DNA from: Octopus bimaculoides | Taxonomy: Eukaryota | Assembly: GCF_001194135.2 (NCBI RefSeq) | Contig: NC_068981.1 | Span: forward strand, 176,944,561-177,008,560 | Direction: 5' to 3' | DNA length: 64,000 bases | In this document: positions 62,333 to 64,000 of the stretch, one piece after another | How positions within the stretch are numbered: the first letter of the stretch is position 1 | How the letters are laid out: each line of letters opens with the position of its first letter | Translations under genes and position numbers: made by a program | The notes under the pieces: generated by a model | Databases searched by the model: none | What the model was told of the DNA's origin: nothing | What the model saw: only the letters and a program-made list of their open reading frames with translations

Positions 62333-64000
62333 ATCTAAACGGAGTCATAAGCTAGATGAGATACTATGAAGAAATATGAATAAGAAACCACCGCGCAAAA
62401 TTAACTTGTTTCTGATTAAAATAATCGACTGTGTGCGTGTGTGCGTTTTTCTTCTTCTTCCAAAACTGAGGCGGGTGTGCGTTTGTGAAACATTATCCGG
62501 TGAGTTATAAAAGGTTGAGAAAGAACTAGTGTGGGCTTGTACCTCAAAGTATTTGCGGTGGTGGGAGTTTTTCGGTATTCACTGTAGAATGGATAAATTT
62601 AAGGCTGACCCCCATAATATAACTTGGGTTTTGATTTTCGGTTGGAACCATTTCATTTGAGAAAATTCATTTTTTTTTTTTAAAGGGAGGAAATGGGGGT
62701 TGTTAAGGCACGAACAGTAAAGTATAATATTTCATACTATAAATTCGCGATGTGTCAGTGGACGGTCAAAAGAAAATATTGACAAAATACTGACAAATGA
62801 TGTCAAATAGGGAGTAATCTCTTGCCATGCTAAGACCTCAACCTGGTTTCTGTTCCCAGTTGGAACCATTTCAGTACACTTAGGTCAGTTACCTTTAAGG
62901 AAAGACGTGAATGTCACAAATTTGCCCTTCCTTAAAAGAAAAAATGTGTTTCTGGCTTGATTACGTAAACAATCATTAACTGTCGACCTCGCTGTATTCT
63001 ATTCAGATATGGTTAGTGATTTTCGGGAAGTTATAATCGTAAATATCTCCCACTTATTTACCGTCCACTAAAGCAGGTTTTTATGGCTGTGTAGGCGGGT
63101 ACTTGCCGACTGAGTTTTAGGTACTAAATAAGTTTTATGACACCTACTCATGTTTTCGATAAAACATGAAAAATTTCAAAAGATAGAAACTAAATAAAAT
63201 CCAGGTGTTAAAGGTGACTAGAGAACTAACTAACCTATAGTTCTTAATTTTATTCCGTTCGAAATTTTTTTCCTGTTGCCTGAAGTTCATCTGTTTCATT
63301 GTTTTACTAAAATCAAAAGTGGAAAATTATTCAGGAAATCGCGTGTGTGCTGGGAGTTTATGCCCAACTAACACTGCTGTTTTTGTCCATTTTTCATAAC
63401 TCCACAATTTTTAACAGGGTTAGGGTATACAGAACTCAAAAACACATTAGAGGCTTTGCCTAATTGAAAAATAAAAATCAATTTACTCTATCACAGTTGC
63501 GTGAAATATTTATATTTTGGTTTTAAGGAAACGGTGTATAGAAACAGCATGAGTTCCTTTCGAAGGTAATAAAGTATATATTTTTACAAGTAGCCGTTAC
63601 AGAAAATTATTAGTTTTATTTATTTTACGGAATTGCCGAACGAGGAATTGAAGATATGACAAAGATGAAATAAAAGTCAATTGATAGCGATTATATTATA
63701 GAGGTATTAATTAATTTGTTGAAAGGTAATAAGAGATAGATAGAAATAGAGAATGAGACCTGTAAAATAGAGAAATTCTTATTCTCACTCGTATAAATGC
63801 TGGAAATAAGTTTTAGAAATGATTTTTAATTTCTGTTGATAATTATATGAACCGACACAAGTCGGTGAAATTCATCTCTGTTAACAGATAGAGCTTTACG
63901 AAAACATATTTTCTTTCATAGTTTATTCATCTAAATATATTTTGCTTCACTAATCATTTTATAGTTAGAGGTACACCGCCTTTCTCATACATGCCGACAA

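Overview
AT-rich eukaryotic genomic DNA from a gapped draft assembly with nine N runs, mostly flanked by microsatellites. The SINE families, microsatellite load and LINE types look like octopus or another cephalopod; this is inferred from repeat character, not from a database search. Most ORFs in the supplied track are microsatellite or N artefacts. The best-supported protein-coding feature is a + strand first coding exon at 43996-44197, which encodes a long signal peptide and ends in a phase-1 GTAAGT donor, behind a GC/CpG-rich leader with uORFs. A probable second gene runs on the - strand as small exons between about 9.5 and 34 kb, inside a sharply bounded CpG-depleted domain (~5.3-41.85 kb); I could not identify it. 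The rest is mobile DNA: at least four retroposon/SINE families with nested insertions and clean TSDs, decayed RTE-like and CR1/L2-like LINEs, and hAT, Tc1/mariner and piggyBac-like MITEs. The most notable observation is two unrelated non-autonomous elements that each carry a type I minimal hammerhead-ribozyme fold. One lies inside a tRNA-headed SINE (26437-26707), and the other is a tail-to-tail inverted pair forming a long hairpin (50744-50850). Both suggest Penelope-linked, retrozyme-like elements.
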